Shown here: one piece after another, positions 1 through 8,419 of the stretch
How the letters are laid out: each line of letters opens with the position of its first letter
Position numbering within the stretch: the stretch's first letter is position 1
From: a virus
Taxonomy: Duplodnaviria; Caudoviricetes
IMG/VR virus record: IMGVR_UViG_3300034008_000127
Location: 1-42,558 of that record
Reading direction: 5' to 3' (one strand)
Length of the DNA stretch: 42,558 nucleotides
Notes under the pieces: model-generated
What the model saw: the letters and a program-made list of their open reading frames with translations, nothing else
What the model was told of the DNA's origin: nothing
The model's database searches: none
Translations under genes and position numbers: made by a program

Positions 1-396
1 TCATGGCAGCCTCCCCGCCGAGATATAGAGTCCGGCGGGCGTACCCGTCACCGCCACGCGCACCTGAGTGCTCGACGCAAGCACGGCCACCTGCGTCCGG
101 TTCGCGGTGAAAGCCGCTACATTCGATCCGTCTTGGTTCTGGAGCGGAGTCCACGTGGCGCCATCGACGTCCAGGAATTGCACCTGCGCACTCGCGCCGT
201 TCCAGTCGGCCGCTATAGCTCGTATCGCGTAATCGCCACCATAGGCGACCTGGCCGGGTTGTGTGCCCCCCGCCGAAACGCTGGATGCGAGGGCAAGCGT
301 CTCTCGTTGGCCGAGCACAACGACGCCCTGCGCCAAATTGTCCCGTCCGCCCGGCTGGCTGTAATAGCCCGTGTCCCCCGCCGCGCGAAAGGTCAT
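1..396 (-). CDS. Hypothetical phage protein (beta-rich, possibly virion-associated)
   Basis: 131-aa ORF coupled by ATGA overlap to the upstream lipoprotein gene. Confidence 0.6.
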   Translation of the reverse strand: MTFRAAGDTGYYSQPGGRDNLAQGVVVLGQRETLALASSVSAGGTQPGQVAYGGDYAIRAIAADWNGASAQVQFLDVDGATWTPLQNQDGSNVAAFTANRTQVAVLASSTQVRVAVTGTPAGLYISAGRLP

Positions 397-725
397 GGCC
401 GCAGATCCAGGGTCGCTGCCGGGCGTGCGCCGGCCTCAGCTCCCAGATCGTCCATTGCGGCATCGGCCCGCGCCAGCGCCGCCCGCTGCTCGGCAAGAGA
501 GGACGCGACTCGCGCCGCCGCAAGCGCGCGCTCGGCCAGCTGCCCCGCGCGCCGAATGCGCGCCGCACGATCTGCCGGCAGATACGGCAGGAACAACTCG
601 GCATAGAGTTTGGCCCGGTCGTAGCGCACCTGCGCGCGGTCGATCGCCGCGGTGGACGGCATAGGCACCGTAGCGCAGGCGGTGATGCTGGCGGCGAACG
701 CCAGCGACGAGATCATCTTCCGCAT
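393..725 (-). CDS. Lipoprotein, putative spanin (Rz1/o-spanin-like)
   Basis: MRKMISSLAFAASITAC signal peptide with lipobox Cys; lies after holin and endolysin; SD-like GAGGAG upstream. Confidence 0.6.
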   Translation of the reverse strand: MRKMISSLAFAASITACATVPMPSTAAIDRAQVRYDRAKLYAELFLPYLPADRAARIRRAGQLAERALAAARVASSLAEQRAALARADAAMDDLGAEAGARPAATLDLRP

Positions 726-736
726 CGTGCTTCTCC

Positions 737-1021
737 TCACTTCTTGGCCATGACGCGGTCGACGATCTTGGACGTCGTCCAGACCGCCACGGCGCCTACC
801 GTCAGATTGTTCCAGGTCTGGATCACCGACCCCTTGGTCGCCGCGTCGATGCCGCGCCCTGCCTCGCCGCTCAGCACGGCGTAGGTCACCAGGCCGAAAC
901 CGATCAGCACGCCGCACGTCACCGCGAAGACGAGCCAGGCGTAGGCCGCGTGAACCATCGGCTCGGCGCCGACGTTGACAATCTCGGCCGCGTCGACCTG
1001 GACGGGAGGCTCGGCGCTCAC
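737..1021 (-). CDS. Putative holin
   Basis: 94 aa with two hydrophobic segments and a basic C-terminus (AKK); coupled to the endolysin stop. Confidence 0.6.
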   Translation of the reverse strand: MSAEPPVQVDAAEIVNVGAEPMVHAAYAWLVFAVTCGVLIGFGLVTYAVLSGEAGRGIDAATKGSVIQTWNNLTVGAVAVWTTSKIVDRVMAKK

Positions 1022-1575
1022 GCCGCCACGTTCCCGATCCGGTGCGCGAACCAGCCGAAGGCGAAGTCCTCGAACTTGGCGTCGTCGTCCGCCAGGCGGA
1101 GGTAATGGCCGCCCTGGAGCGTATCGAGCGCCTTGATCAGGACGCGGGTGCCGAGCGGCCCCCGCTTAGCCCTGTACGCCTTCAGCGCCGCGATCGTCCC
1201 TGCGCCGACGTCGCCGTCCTCAAGCACGTTCGGATAGTCGCGCCCGCGGTTGTTGAGCGAGTTCAACACCTGCTGCAGCCACAGCGAGGCCCGCTTGATC
1301 CCGGCGTTGACTCCGGTGTCGATCAGTTCCTCGCCCACCTTCGGGTCGATCGCCGCGACATCGTCGAAGTTCGGCGCGACGACATAGCGGGTCCAGTAGA
1401 TCGCGAACGCGGTGGAGCGCGGCAGGTCGCGCATCGCGCCGCGGTATCCTGCCGCCCGCGCCACCCGCTCGGTGATGCCGTACATCGTCGCGCCGCCAGG
1501 GTCGCTGGGATGGTCGACGAAGCCGCCCTCGCGTTCGATCACCCCGTCGATGATGCGTTTGATCGCCTCGCTCAT
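1018..1575 (-). CDS. Endolysin, glycoside hydrolase family 108 with peptidoglycan-binding domain
   Basis: EGGFVDHPSDPGGATMYGIT GH108 signature; C-terminal DGDVGAGT and FAFGWFAHRI motifs. Confidence 0.92.
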   Translation of the reverse strand: MSEAIKRIIDGVIEREGGFVDHPSDPGGATMYGITERVARAAGYRGAMRDLPRSTAFAIYWTRYVVAPNFDDVAAIDPKVGEELIDTGVNAGIKRASLWLQQVLNSLNNRGRDYPNVLEDGDVGAGTIAALKAYRAKRGPLGTRVLIKALDTLQGGHYLRLADDDAKFEDFAFGWFAHRIGNVAA

Positions 1576-1952
1576 CTCTGCATCCCCCGATCCAGCCCGG
1601 CTTCCGCCAAACTTGTCACCACACCGAAATCCATCGGAAAGGCCTGCGCCATGATCCGCTCGATGATCGCCAGCGCCGGGTCTGCGGGATCGTGCCGCAT
1701 CAGCGCGGCCGTCGCATGCTGGAACGAGAGGCGGAGGGCGACGTTCTGCGTCTCCATCGCGCTCATCCGCCTTTCCAGGTGCAGCCGGTAGTCCTTCCAG
1801 CTCATGTCGAGCGCGTCATGCTCGGCGTCGAGCTGCGCCTGGCGCTTGTCGACGCGGTTCGTGAACCAGTTGATCGCCCACCGGCCGAACAGCAGCACGC
1901 CGCCCAGCCCGCTGCCGGCCGCCACCGCGTCCGCGACGCGTTCGCTGCTCAC
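1572..1952 (-). CDS. Single-pass membrane protein of the lysis cassette (holin/antiholin-like)
   Basis: GTG start overlapping the tailspike stop (GTGA); N-terminal hydrophobic helix followed by a coiled coil; ATGA-coupled to the endolysin. Confidence 0.55.
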   Translation of the reverse strand: MSSERVADAVAAGSGLGGVLLFGRWAINWFTNRVDKRQAQLDAEHDALDMSWKDYRLHLERRMSAMETQNVALRLSFQHATAALMRHDPADPALAIIERIMAQAFPMDFGVVTSLAEAGLDRGMQR

Positions 1953-4147
1953 GCTGTCACCCCGGCCGCGGTCAGCTTCGCTTGGAGGTCGGTCAGGTCG
2001 GCCGCGAGTTGCGCCAGCGACGCACGCGCCTCGTCGTCGACCGTCGTTCCGCCGGACGGCGCGACATAGGTCGCCGCAGGCGTTGCGGCCTGCTGCACCA
2101 CATACCCGGTCGCGCCATTGTACCGCGCCAGCGTCGCGCCGCCCGCGTTGAACTCGGTCTTGATGCCGCGCATGATAACCGATGTCGGGCCGGACTCGGT
2201 CGAGGCGCGCACCCCTTCGGCCGCATCTTGCGAGTAGCAGATCAGCGTGGTGTCGATCACCTCCAAGTCGCCGCCCGAAATCTTGGTGACGAAAGGTCCG
2301 GCCGCGCCCAGCACCGAATTGCTCAGGCGCGCCCGGCGCAGCGGCGTGTTGACGCCCAGCTGCGCGACGTTGATGTCGCCCAGGTCCTGCGCGGGGTAGG
2401 TAACGCGCTCCAGGTAGAGCCGCTGGAGATCGAGGCCGTCGATGTTGTCGAGCCGGAGCGGGAGACGCGGAATTTCCGGCCGCAGCTGATCGATCGAGTC
2501 GCCCGGTTGGGTGACGGGGTACATGCCGTCGACGGCGCCGTTCAGCCCCTTGTGGATGTTGCTGGAGCGGATCAGTGCATCGCCTGCCCAATCACCTGTC
2601 GGATTGGGCATCATCGACGGCGCATAGAAGGTGAAGTTGCGGATCATCCAGTCGGACACGCCGATCAGCTCGACGCACGCGCCCTGCACGCCCGCAAAAT
2701 AGGGCTCCTCCATGTAGATGCCGGAGCCGCGGCCCGAGAAGCTGAACGCGAAGGGAAAGGTTATGACCGGCCCGGATTGGCCGGGCGCCGGCTGATAGAT
2801 GCCCGGCGCGCATTGGATGTTGACCACGCGCGGGCGAATGAGGTGGATGTTGAGATAGGTGGCCGTCTTGTCGAAATCATCAGGGCCCGGGCCGGTGCTG
2901 GTGTCGTGCCGGTGGTTCTGGACCTCCAGCGCCATCCGGGTGCACCCATCCCACACGCAGTCGATGAAGTACCAGTCCGCCAGCGTCCCGCCGTTGTCGC
3001 AGACGATCTGTCCAAGGTTGCGGCTCGGAATGTCGATGCGGCCGTTGAAGGTGACGCGCTCCCAGGTCCACGTCCCGAGCGAGAACGACCCGTTCGCGTA
3101 GAGGCAGGACCCGCCGCCGCGTACCGCCAGGGTCAGGTCGGCGATGCGGACGCGCTGGACCGATTTGTCATAGGTGCCGATGATCGCCTCATCGTCGCCC
3201 ATGCACTCGATGACCGTCGCGCCTCGCCCGTCGCCGAAGATCGTGATGTTGCTGGCGGCGAGGTCCATCCCCCAGAAGCCGGAGATGCGATAGGCCCCCT
3301 CGGTGCCCAGGCCTAAGCCGGCCGGGAAACGCACCTTGCCGCCGCCGGCGAACAGGACGGCGCTTTGCGCCCTGATCCATGCGGGGGTGTCGTCGACGTC
3401 CCCCGGCTGGCGGTAATCGACGACCGACAGCGTCGGCACCTTCGACGTCTGCCGCACCAACGCGCCGATCGTCGGCGCGACGCCGAGCAGCTGCACGACC
3501 GTCACGCCGTTCGTGCGCCCGGTGAAGTCGCCGGCTACGAACGCCCAATAGGAATCGTCGTAGAACGACGTGGTGTCGGTGATCTCCTGCGCCTGGAACT
3601 CCGTCAGTTCGAAGTACGTGTTCGCCGCGGGTCCGGTCGCCCCCGGCGCGAACAGCCGCTCGTCCTTGACCGCGACCTGCCCGGCCCCGTCGAACACGAG
3701 CACGCCGCGGGCGCGCAGCGGCGCGCGCGGCAGGGTCGCCGCGATCTCGCCCACGGGCAACCGGATCGCCCTGGCGGCCATGTCCACCACACCGGCGCCC
3801 AGCTCCTGCGCCACCATCGCCATGCGGTCGAGCTGGCGCGTCAGCTGGGCTGCCGGCACCGGCTCGTGCGGCCGGACGTCCGCTTCCTGCACCTGCGCCG
3901 TCCGTCGCTCGATCAGGAACAGGTCCGCCACCGGCCACACGCTCGTGGCCGTGATCGTGCCCGTCGCGGATCGTCCGTCGCCCGCGAAGATGAACCCGAT
4001 CGTCAGCCGCGTGCGCAGCCCGGTGGCGCCATCGATATGCGTCACCGCTAGGTCGACCGGGTCCAGAAACTGGAACGGGATCGCCTCCGCCAGCATCCCG
4101 GCTCCGGGATGGTAGCTGTGTGACACGTCCGTGGTGGTGACCGTCAA
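1949..4147 (-). CDS. Tailspike/tail fibre: T7 gp17-like adaptor plus pectate-lyase-like beta-helix
   Basis: Likely TTG start at 4147 with GGAGG SD (MTVTTTDVSHSY). N-terminal IPFQFLDP...QLDRMAMVAQEL adaptor; SVVDY..GDVDDTPAW...VRFPAG beta-helix entry; C-terminal PSGGTTVDDEARA. Confidence 0.8.
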   Translation of the reverse strand: MTVTTTDVSHSYHPGAGMLAEAIPFQFLDPVDLAVTHIDGATGLRTRLTIGFIFAGDGRSATGTITATSVWPVADLFLIERRTAQVQEADVRPHEPVPAAQLTRQLDRMAMVAQELGAGVVDMAARAIRLPVGEIAATLPRAPLRARGVLVFDGAGQVAVKDERLFAPGATGPAANTYFELTEFQAQEITDTTSFYDDSYWAFVAGDFTGRTNGVTVVQLLGVAPTIGALVRQTSKVPTLSVVDYRQPGDVDDTPAWIRAQSAVLFAGGGKVRFPAGLGLGTEGAYRISGFWGMDLAASNITIFGDGRGATVIECMGDDEAIIGTYDKSVQRVRIADLTLAVRGGGSCLYANGSFSLGTWTWERVTFNGRIDIPSRNLGQIVCDNGGTLADWYFIDCVWDGCTRMALEVQNHRHDTSTGPGPDDFDKTATYLNIHLIRPRVVNIQCAPGIYQPAPGQSGPVITFPFAFSFSGRGSGIYMEEPYFAGVQGACVELIGVSDWMIRNFTFYAPSMMPNPTGDWAGDALIRSSNIHKGLNGAVDGMYPVTQPGDSIDQLRPEIPRLPLRLDNIDGLDLQRLYLERVTYPAQDLGDINVAQLGVNTPLRRARLSNSVLGAAGPFVTKISGGDLEVIDTTLICYSQDAAEGVRASTESGPTSVIMRGIKTEFNAGGATLARYNGATGYVVQQAATPAATYVAPSGGTTVDDEARASLAQLAADLTDLQAKLTAAGVTA

Positions 4148-4242
4148 CGCTTCCTCCGACACGCGACGACAAACCGCAAGAGGGCGGTTCGCGTCAGGTG
4201 CCGGGTCGGAGTGGGAAGCTAGAACCGGCGATATCGCTCGCG

Positions 4243-4271
4243 CTTATGTAGCGTCTTGGAACATTTGTCTA
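4243..4271 (-). promoter_or_regulatory. Putative sigma70 promoter for the tailspike with operator half-site
   Basis: Minus strand TAGACA-17 bp-CATAAG; GGAACATTTG at 4258-4267 overlaps the spacer. Confidence 0.4.
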
Positions 4272-4496
4272 GCCTCTGCGGCGCACCCGTCCGTTGTCGT
4301 TCGCGCCGCGCCGGCCGACTGTCGGCTTCGTCAACGCCAGCAGCGGCTTCATGGCCTTGTCGGGGTCGCGGCCGATTTGTTCCAGCGTGAGGATGTCGTG
4401 CGCGACCAGCGCAGGGAGTGATTGCAGGATCGAGCGCATGCCGTTCTGCGCCTGGACGATCGCGGCCTCGGTGCCGCCGGACAGATCGATCCTCAT
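4269..4496 (-). CDS. Small hypothetical protein co-translated with Bro-N
   Basis: MRIDLSGG... 75 aa; ATGA overlap with the Bro-N stop. Confidence 0.55.
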   Translation of the reverse strand: MRIDLSGGTEAAIVQAQNGMRSILQSLPALVAHDILTLEQIGRDPDKAMKPLLALTKPTVGRRGANDNGRVRRRG

Positions 4497-5224
4497 TGCC
4501 CCGCCTCCCGGTCGGTGCCCGCGACGATCGCCAGCGCGGGCGGCGGGAACCAGAACGTGCGCTTTTGCCCGTCGACCATCGTCGCCCGGTGCGTCCAGCC
4601 CAGCAGCCGAAGCATTTCCAGCACCCGGTCGTGCGCGCCCGAGGTCGCCGTGCCGAACATGGCACGGGTCGCGTCCTGCGCCACGATCATCGACCGGCCT
4701 TCCAGCCAGGTCCGCAGCCGCGCGATCAGCGTGTCCTGATCGCTCGTCGCCTCCGCGATCACCGCGGGCAGGCCCAGCTCGATCCACATCTGCCGCGCCG
4801 CCGCCAGCCCGAACAGCCGCCGCGTCTCGCGCAGCAGCCCCACGCTCGCGCTGACCCGCGCCGTGTCCATCGTCAGCATCACCGGCGTGGGCGGCGTGTG
4901 CAGCACATACTTGCCCGTCTTGCGGATCGCCGGCAGCACTTCCTCGGTCACCCAGCGCCGGAAGCGCTTCGCATGCGCGCCGCGGCGCTTCAGCGCGGCG
5001 TGGTACATGCCGGATTCGGAGATGATGGACGTCTCCTGCTCTCCGCCGGGGGAGTGCACATTGTGCACCCCCTTTTCGTCATCATCGAGGAGGCGGACCA
5101 TCTCCTGCTGGCGGGGATAGCCGAGCGCCTTCGCGACATCGTTCGCAACGAACCACGGCTCGCCGTCGATCATCACGACGCGGACCGGTTCTTCCTCGAA
5201 CTGGTAAGATACGAGAGCATTCAT
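4493..5224 (-). CDS. Bro-N domain protein (putative antirepressor)
   Basis: VRVVMIDGEPWFVANDVAKALGY...ISESGMY...AKRFRRWVTEEVLPAIRKTGKY is the canonical Bro-N pattern. Confidence 0.9.
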   Translation of the reverse strand: MNALVSYQFEEEPVRVVMIDGEPWFVANDVAKALGYPRQQEMVRLLDDDEKGVHNVHSPGGEQETSIISESGMYHAALKRRGAHAKRFRRWVTEEVLPAIRKTGKYVLHTPPTPVMLTMDTARVSASVGLLRETRRLFGLAAARQMWIELGLPAVIAEATSDQDTLIARLRTWLEGRSMIVAQDATRAMFGTATSGAHDRVLEMLRLLGWTHRATMVDGQKRTFWFPPPALAIVAGTDREAGQ

Positions 5225-5271
5225 CGAGCGTCTCCGTTAGAGATCGCCCGGCTCCAAGACGCCAATCTTGG

Positions 5272-5344
5272 TGGCCGGACGTGCCACGATTGGCGTACCG
5301 CCTAACGGAACGGCGCCCCGAAGGGCTCGCGACACGCCCGACCA
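5272..5344 (-). ncRNA. c4-type antisense RNA (P1 c4 / P4 CI family)
   Basis: Closing stem 5331-5344/5272-5285 and UUCG hairpin. Internal CCGUUAGG and ACGCCAAUC are complementary to upstream (5388-5395, 5402-5410) and downstream (5234-5240, 5259-5267) target boxes. Confidence 0.8.
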
Positions 5345-5439
5345 TAAGAAACCGCGCCATCTCATAGGCGAGGTGGCGCGGGCTGCGCCGTTAGGTGAGG
5401 GACGCCAATCCCTTGTCCGGGACATACCGGACGGCGGCT

Positions 5440-5468
5440 GTTATGGTCGCGGGAGACTCAGGGTGCAA
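5440..5468 (-). promoter_or_regulatory. Promoter for the c4/Bro-N transcript
   Basis: Minus strand TTGCAC-17 bp-CATAAC. Confidence 0.55.
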
Positions 5469-5478
5469 GGCTTTAACG

Positions 5479-5841
5479 ATGCTCTTTCTCGTTGCTGCGC
5501 TAGCGGTCACACAGGCCGAGGGCGCGTCCCTTTCTACGCTAGAGCAGATGTACCAGCGTATCTATGCGCGGGGTCGCGCGTGGGATGATTGCGTGGAAAA
5601 GAACGCCGCCCGGTATGCTGAGATGGCTGGCGTTGATGCTTTGACCGGTGCCGAGGGCGCCTTGGGCCGCTGTCGCAGAGAGCAGGCAGAGTACGCGGAG
5701 GCAGTGCAAGTGGCGAATATTACGCGCGACGACGCATCCGAGATCGCCCGCGCGGATGTTACTTCCGGGCGGGCGATCCGGCATTCGACTGCGGTGTCGG
5801 TCATATTGGAAGCTCGCGGGGCTAAGGCGGCGCCCAGATAG
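5479..5841 (+). CDS. Moron-like exported protein
   Basis: Opposite strand to the late operon, lower GC, signal-like N-terminus (MLFLVAALAVTQA), two Cys. Confidence 0.65.
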   Translation: MLFLVAALAVTQAEGASLSTLEQMYQRIYARGRAWDDCVEKNAARYAEMAGVDALTGAEGALGRCRREQAEYAEAVQVANITRDDASEIARADVTSGRAIRHSTAVSVILEARGAKAAPR

Positions 5842-5862
5842 GGGCGCTGTCGCAGATCGGCA

Positions 5863-8409
5863 CTACTCGCCCACCCGGTTCTCCAACGCGCTGCTCATGT
5901 CCGGCGCACGCCACTCCTGCATCGCATCGCCCGGCCGCATGAAGTAGCGGTTGCCCTGTTCCTTCGCGCGCCGCTCCAGCGTCCGCGCATTCGCCGCCCG
6001 GTCCTCGCCTGCCCAGGCTGCGACCTGGTCCACCAGCAGCCGCTCATACGCCGCGCGGATGTACCACAGCGAGCTGCCCGGCACTTCGCGGGTCAGCAGG
6101 TGCCGAGTCGCCTTTCCCCGCAGCTTCGCGGCCTTCTCCGCCACCTCGGGATCGTCCGCATAGACCGCCTCATAGGCGCTGTAGCTGGCGGCGTTCGCGA
6201 CCTCCCCCAGCGTCGTCGCCGTGCTCGCGGTCGGCCCCTTGGTGATGTCGAACAGGTCCTGCCCGAACTCGTTGCGGCTGAACTCGATCGCGTCGCCGAA
6301 CACTCCCAGCCCGCCGCCCTTCAACGTCGCGCGCCACCAGAAGTCCCCCTCGGTCATCGGCCGCGGGTCCTTGCCCTTGGCGATCTCGCTCAACTGATAG
6401 GCGAGCGCACCGCTGATCGTCGTCGCCCCGAGGAACGCTACCGCATAGGTCGCCCGTTTCGACAGGTTCGATTGCGCCAGCGCACGGGCGCCGTGCATCG
6501 CCACGACCGTCACCGGGAACATCTTGAACTGGAATCCGGTACGGATAATCTCGCCCGGGATCGTGCCCGGCCGGGCGGCATGCACCATCGCCCGCATGTA
6601 GAGCCCGCCGGTCGGCACGGCGAAGTCGATCTCGCTCAGCATGCCTTCCATGAACCGGTCGCGCAGCGCCGCGTCGGCGATGTTCTCCGGCTTGATCCAG
6701 GCAGCGCCCTTGTAGTCGACGGTCGGTGTCGCCCTGATCGCGTCCCAGCCGGCCGGGTCGATGCCATAGCGCTGCAGGAACCCGCGAAACGCGGGATTGA
6801 GCCCGTCGTAGGACAGCGGCGCGTAGCTGGTCAGGGCGTTCATGAACTCCATGCCCATCGCCTCGCGCACCGCGTTGGTATGGGCGTTCAGCCCTGATGC
6901 CCGCATCACGCCGTCCGCCATCCGCCGGCTGATCTCGTTCGCCGCCTCCATTCGGCGGGTCAGCTTCCCGGCGCCGCCGGAAAGCCGGCCGCCGAACGCA
7001 TCCTCCATGTGCATCCGGCCGTGCGCCGCCATGCGCCCGGTGAACTCGTCGCCGATGATCCCGCTCCGCCGCGCGAACGCGCGGTCGCCCCCATCCACTG
7101 GGTTGAGCTGCTTGACATATTGCCCGATTAGCTCGGTTGCGGGCAGGCCGTTGTAGGCGCGCGTCATCGCCTTGGTCGCATGGTCGCTGATGCTGGCGAT
7201 CGTCGCGCTGCCCAGCTTCGTCGCGCTCTGCCAGTTGCGGATCGTCGATCCGAACAGCGCCAGGTTGCGACGGACGACGCGCCGGTTCTGGCCCTGCACT
7301 TCGTTCCACACCGCCTCGATCTCGTAACGGCCGATCCCTGCCTTGCCGCGATCGGCCAGATTGCCCTTGGTAGCGGCTTCCTGCTCCAGCAAGTCGCCCA
7401 TCCACTTGATCGTGGCGGCCGGGTTGGGTCCGAGGATCTGCATCGACGCCGTGTCGCGCGCCATCCGCTCGACGTGCGACATCATCGCGTCGAACGGCGA
7501 ACCTTGCCCGAACCGCTCGTTGTACTGCAGCCAGTCGTCCGCGCTGGCGAAGTGGAGTACGCGGTGCTCGCTGTTGCGCGACGCGATCGCGCCGATGCCG
7601 GCGCCGCCCGGCGTGCGCTTGGACCAGCCGTCGCTGACGATCGCCTCGTACATCTCGCCCAGCATGTCCGTCATCTGCGCGTCGTCCAGCGGTGTACCCG
7701 TTTGCCAGTCGACCATTTTGGCTCGATCGAGCCTGGGCAGCACCTCCGCGATCCAGGCGTCCGGCGCCAGCGCGCCCACGGCCTGTCCGTCGTGACGATG
7801 CGGCAGCGCCCAGCCGTCGAGCTTGCCGATATGCCCGCCCGCCGCATTGAACAGCCCGCGCAGATACTCGGCCGTGCGGCGCCAGGAATCGGCCAGCTCG
7901 CGCGCGTTCAGGTCGCCCGTCGCCTCGCCGCTTAGTTCGCGCACGACGTCGTCCAGCTGGCTCGGGTTCCGCACGGCGCCGCGCAGGCCGGCCCGGTGCT
8001 CGGCGAGCACGTCGTACATCATCGCCAGCGCGGACTGCTTGATGTTGCGCCAACGGTATTCGACGTTGGGCACGCCCGCGGCCCGCTCGTCGCGCACCAG
8101 GCTCGCCAGCATCGCACGCCGCGGCAGCACGGCATCGGCCGCGGTGCCGCCATCGTACACCGTGCGCGCGTTGCGCAGGATCGTCAGTTGCGCCTTGGCT
8201 TGCAACAGCTTGCGCCGCTTCGCCTGCGCGAACCCGGCCTCGATCGCCGACATCGCTTCGCCGGTCGCCATGCCCTCGGCCGTTGCGCGTCCGTGCACGG
8301 GCTCGTACCGCGCGACCAGGTCGTCATACAGCCGCCGCATCGACGCTGCCCGCGCGCCGTCGATCTTCTTCCGCTCGACCAGATCGGTCAGGCACACGCC
8401 CAGGCTCAT
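5863..8409 (-). CDS. Internal virion (ejection) protein, large
   Basis: 848 aa; last of the internal virion genes; GELI/QFK.FP-type and GKDPRPM...GGGLG.FGD motifs typical of BPP-1/epsilon15-like ejection proteins. Confidence 0.75.
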   Translation of the reverse strand: MSLGVCLTDLVERKKIDGARAASMRRLYDDLVARYEPVHGRATAEGMATGEAMSAIEAGFAQAKRRKLLQAKAQLTILRNARTVYDGGTAADAVLPRRAMLASLVRDERAAGVPNVEYRWRNIKQSALAMMYDVLAEHRAGLRGAVRNPSQLDDVVRELSGEATGDLNARELADSWRRTAEYLRGLFNAAGGHIGKLDGWALPHRHDGQAVGALAPDAWIAEVLPRLDRAKMVDWQTGTPLDDAQMTDMLGEMYEAIVSDGWSKRTPGGAGIGAIASRNSEHRVLHFASADDWLQYNERFGQGSPFDAMMSHVERMARDTASMQILGPNPAATIKWMGDLLEQEAATKGNLADRGKAGIGRYEIEAVWNEVQGQNRRVVRRNLALFGSTIRNWQSATKLGSATIASISDHATKAMTRAYNGLPATELIGQYVKQLNPVDGGDRAFARRSGIIGDEFTGRMAAHGRMHMEDAFGGRLSGGAGKLTRRMEAANEISRRMADGVMRASGLNAHTNAVREAMGMEFMNALTSYAPLSYDGLNPAFRGFLQRYGIDPAGWDAIRATPTVDYKGAAWIKPENIADAALRDRFMEGMLSEIDFAVPTGGLYMRAMVHAARPGTIPGEIIRTGFQFKMFPVTVVAMHGARALAQSNLSKRATYAVAFLGATTISGALAYQLSEIAKGKDPRPMTEGDFWWRATLKGGGLGVFGDAIEFSRNEFGQDLFDITKGPTASTATTLGEVANAASYSAYEAVYADDPEVAEKAAKLRGKATRHLLTREVPGSSLWYIRAAYERLLVDQVAAWAGEDRAANARTLERRAKEQGNRYFMRPGDAMQEWRAPDMSSALENRVGE

Positions 8410-8419
8410 GACCGGCTCC

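Noticed and set aside
5234-5242. c4 target box CTCTAACGG identical to the tRNA-Gln D arm (suggesting attL or tRNA targeting)
   Set aside because: Only 9 bp, explained by its c4 role, and it lies inside the virion gene block, so it is not a plausible attachment site.
1949-5863. BPP-1-style diversity-generating retroelement near the tailspike
   Set aside because: No reverse transcriptase (YxDD) ORF and no TR/VR repeat pair seen in the window.
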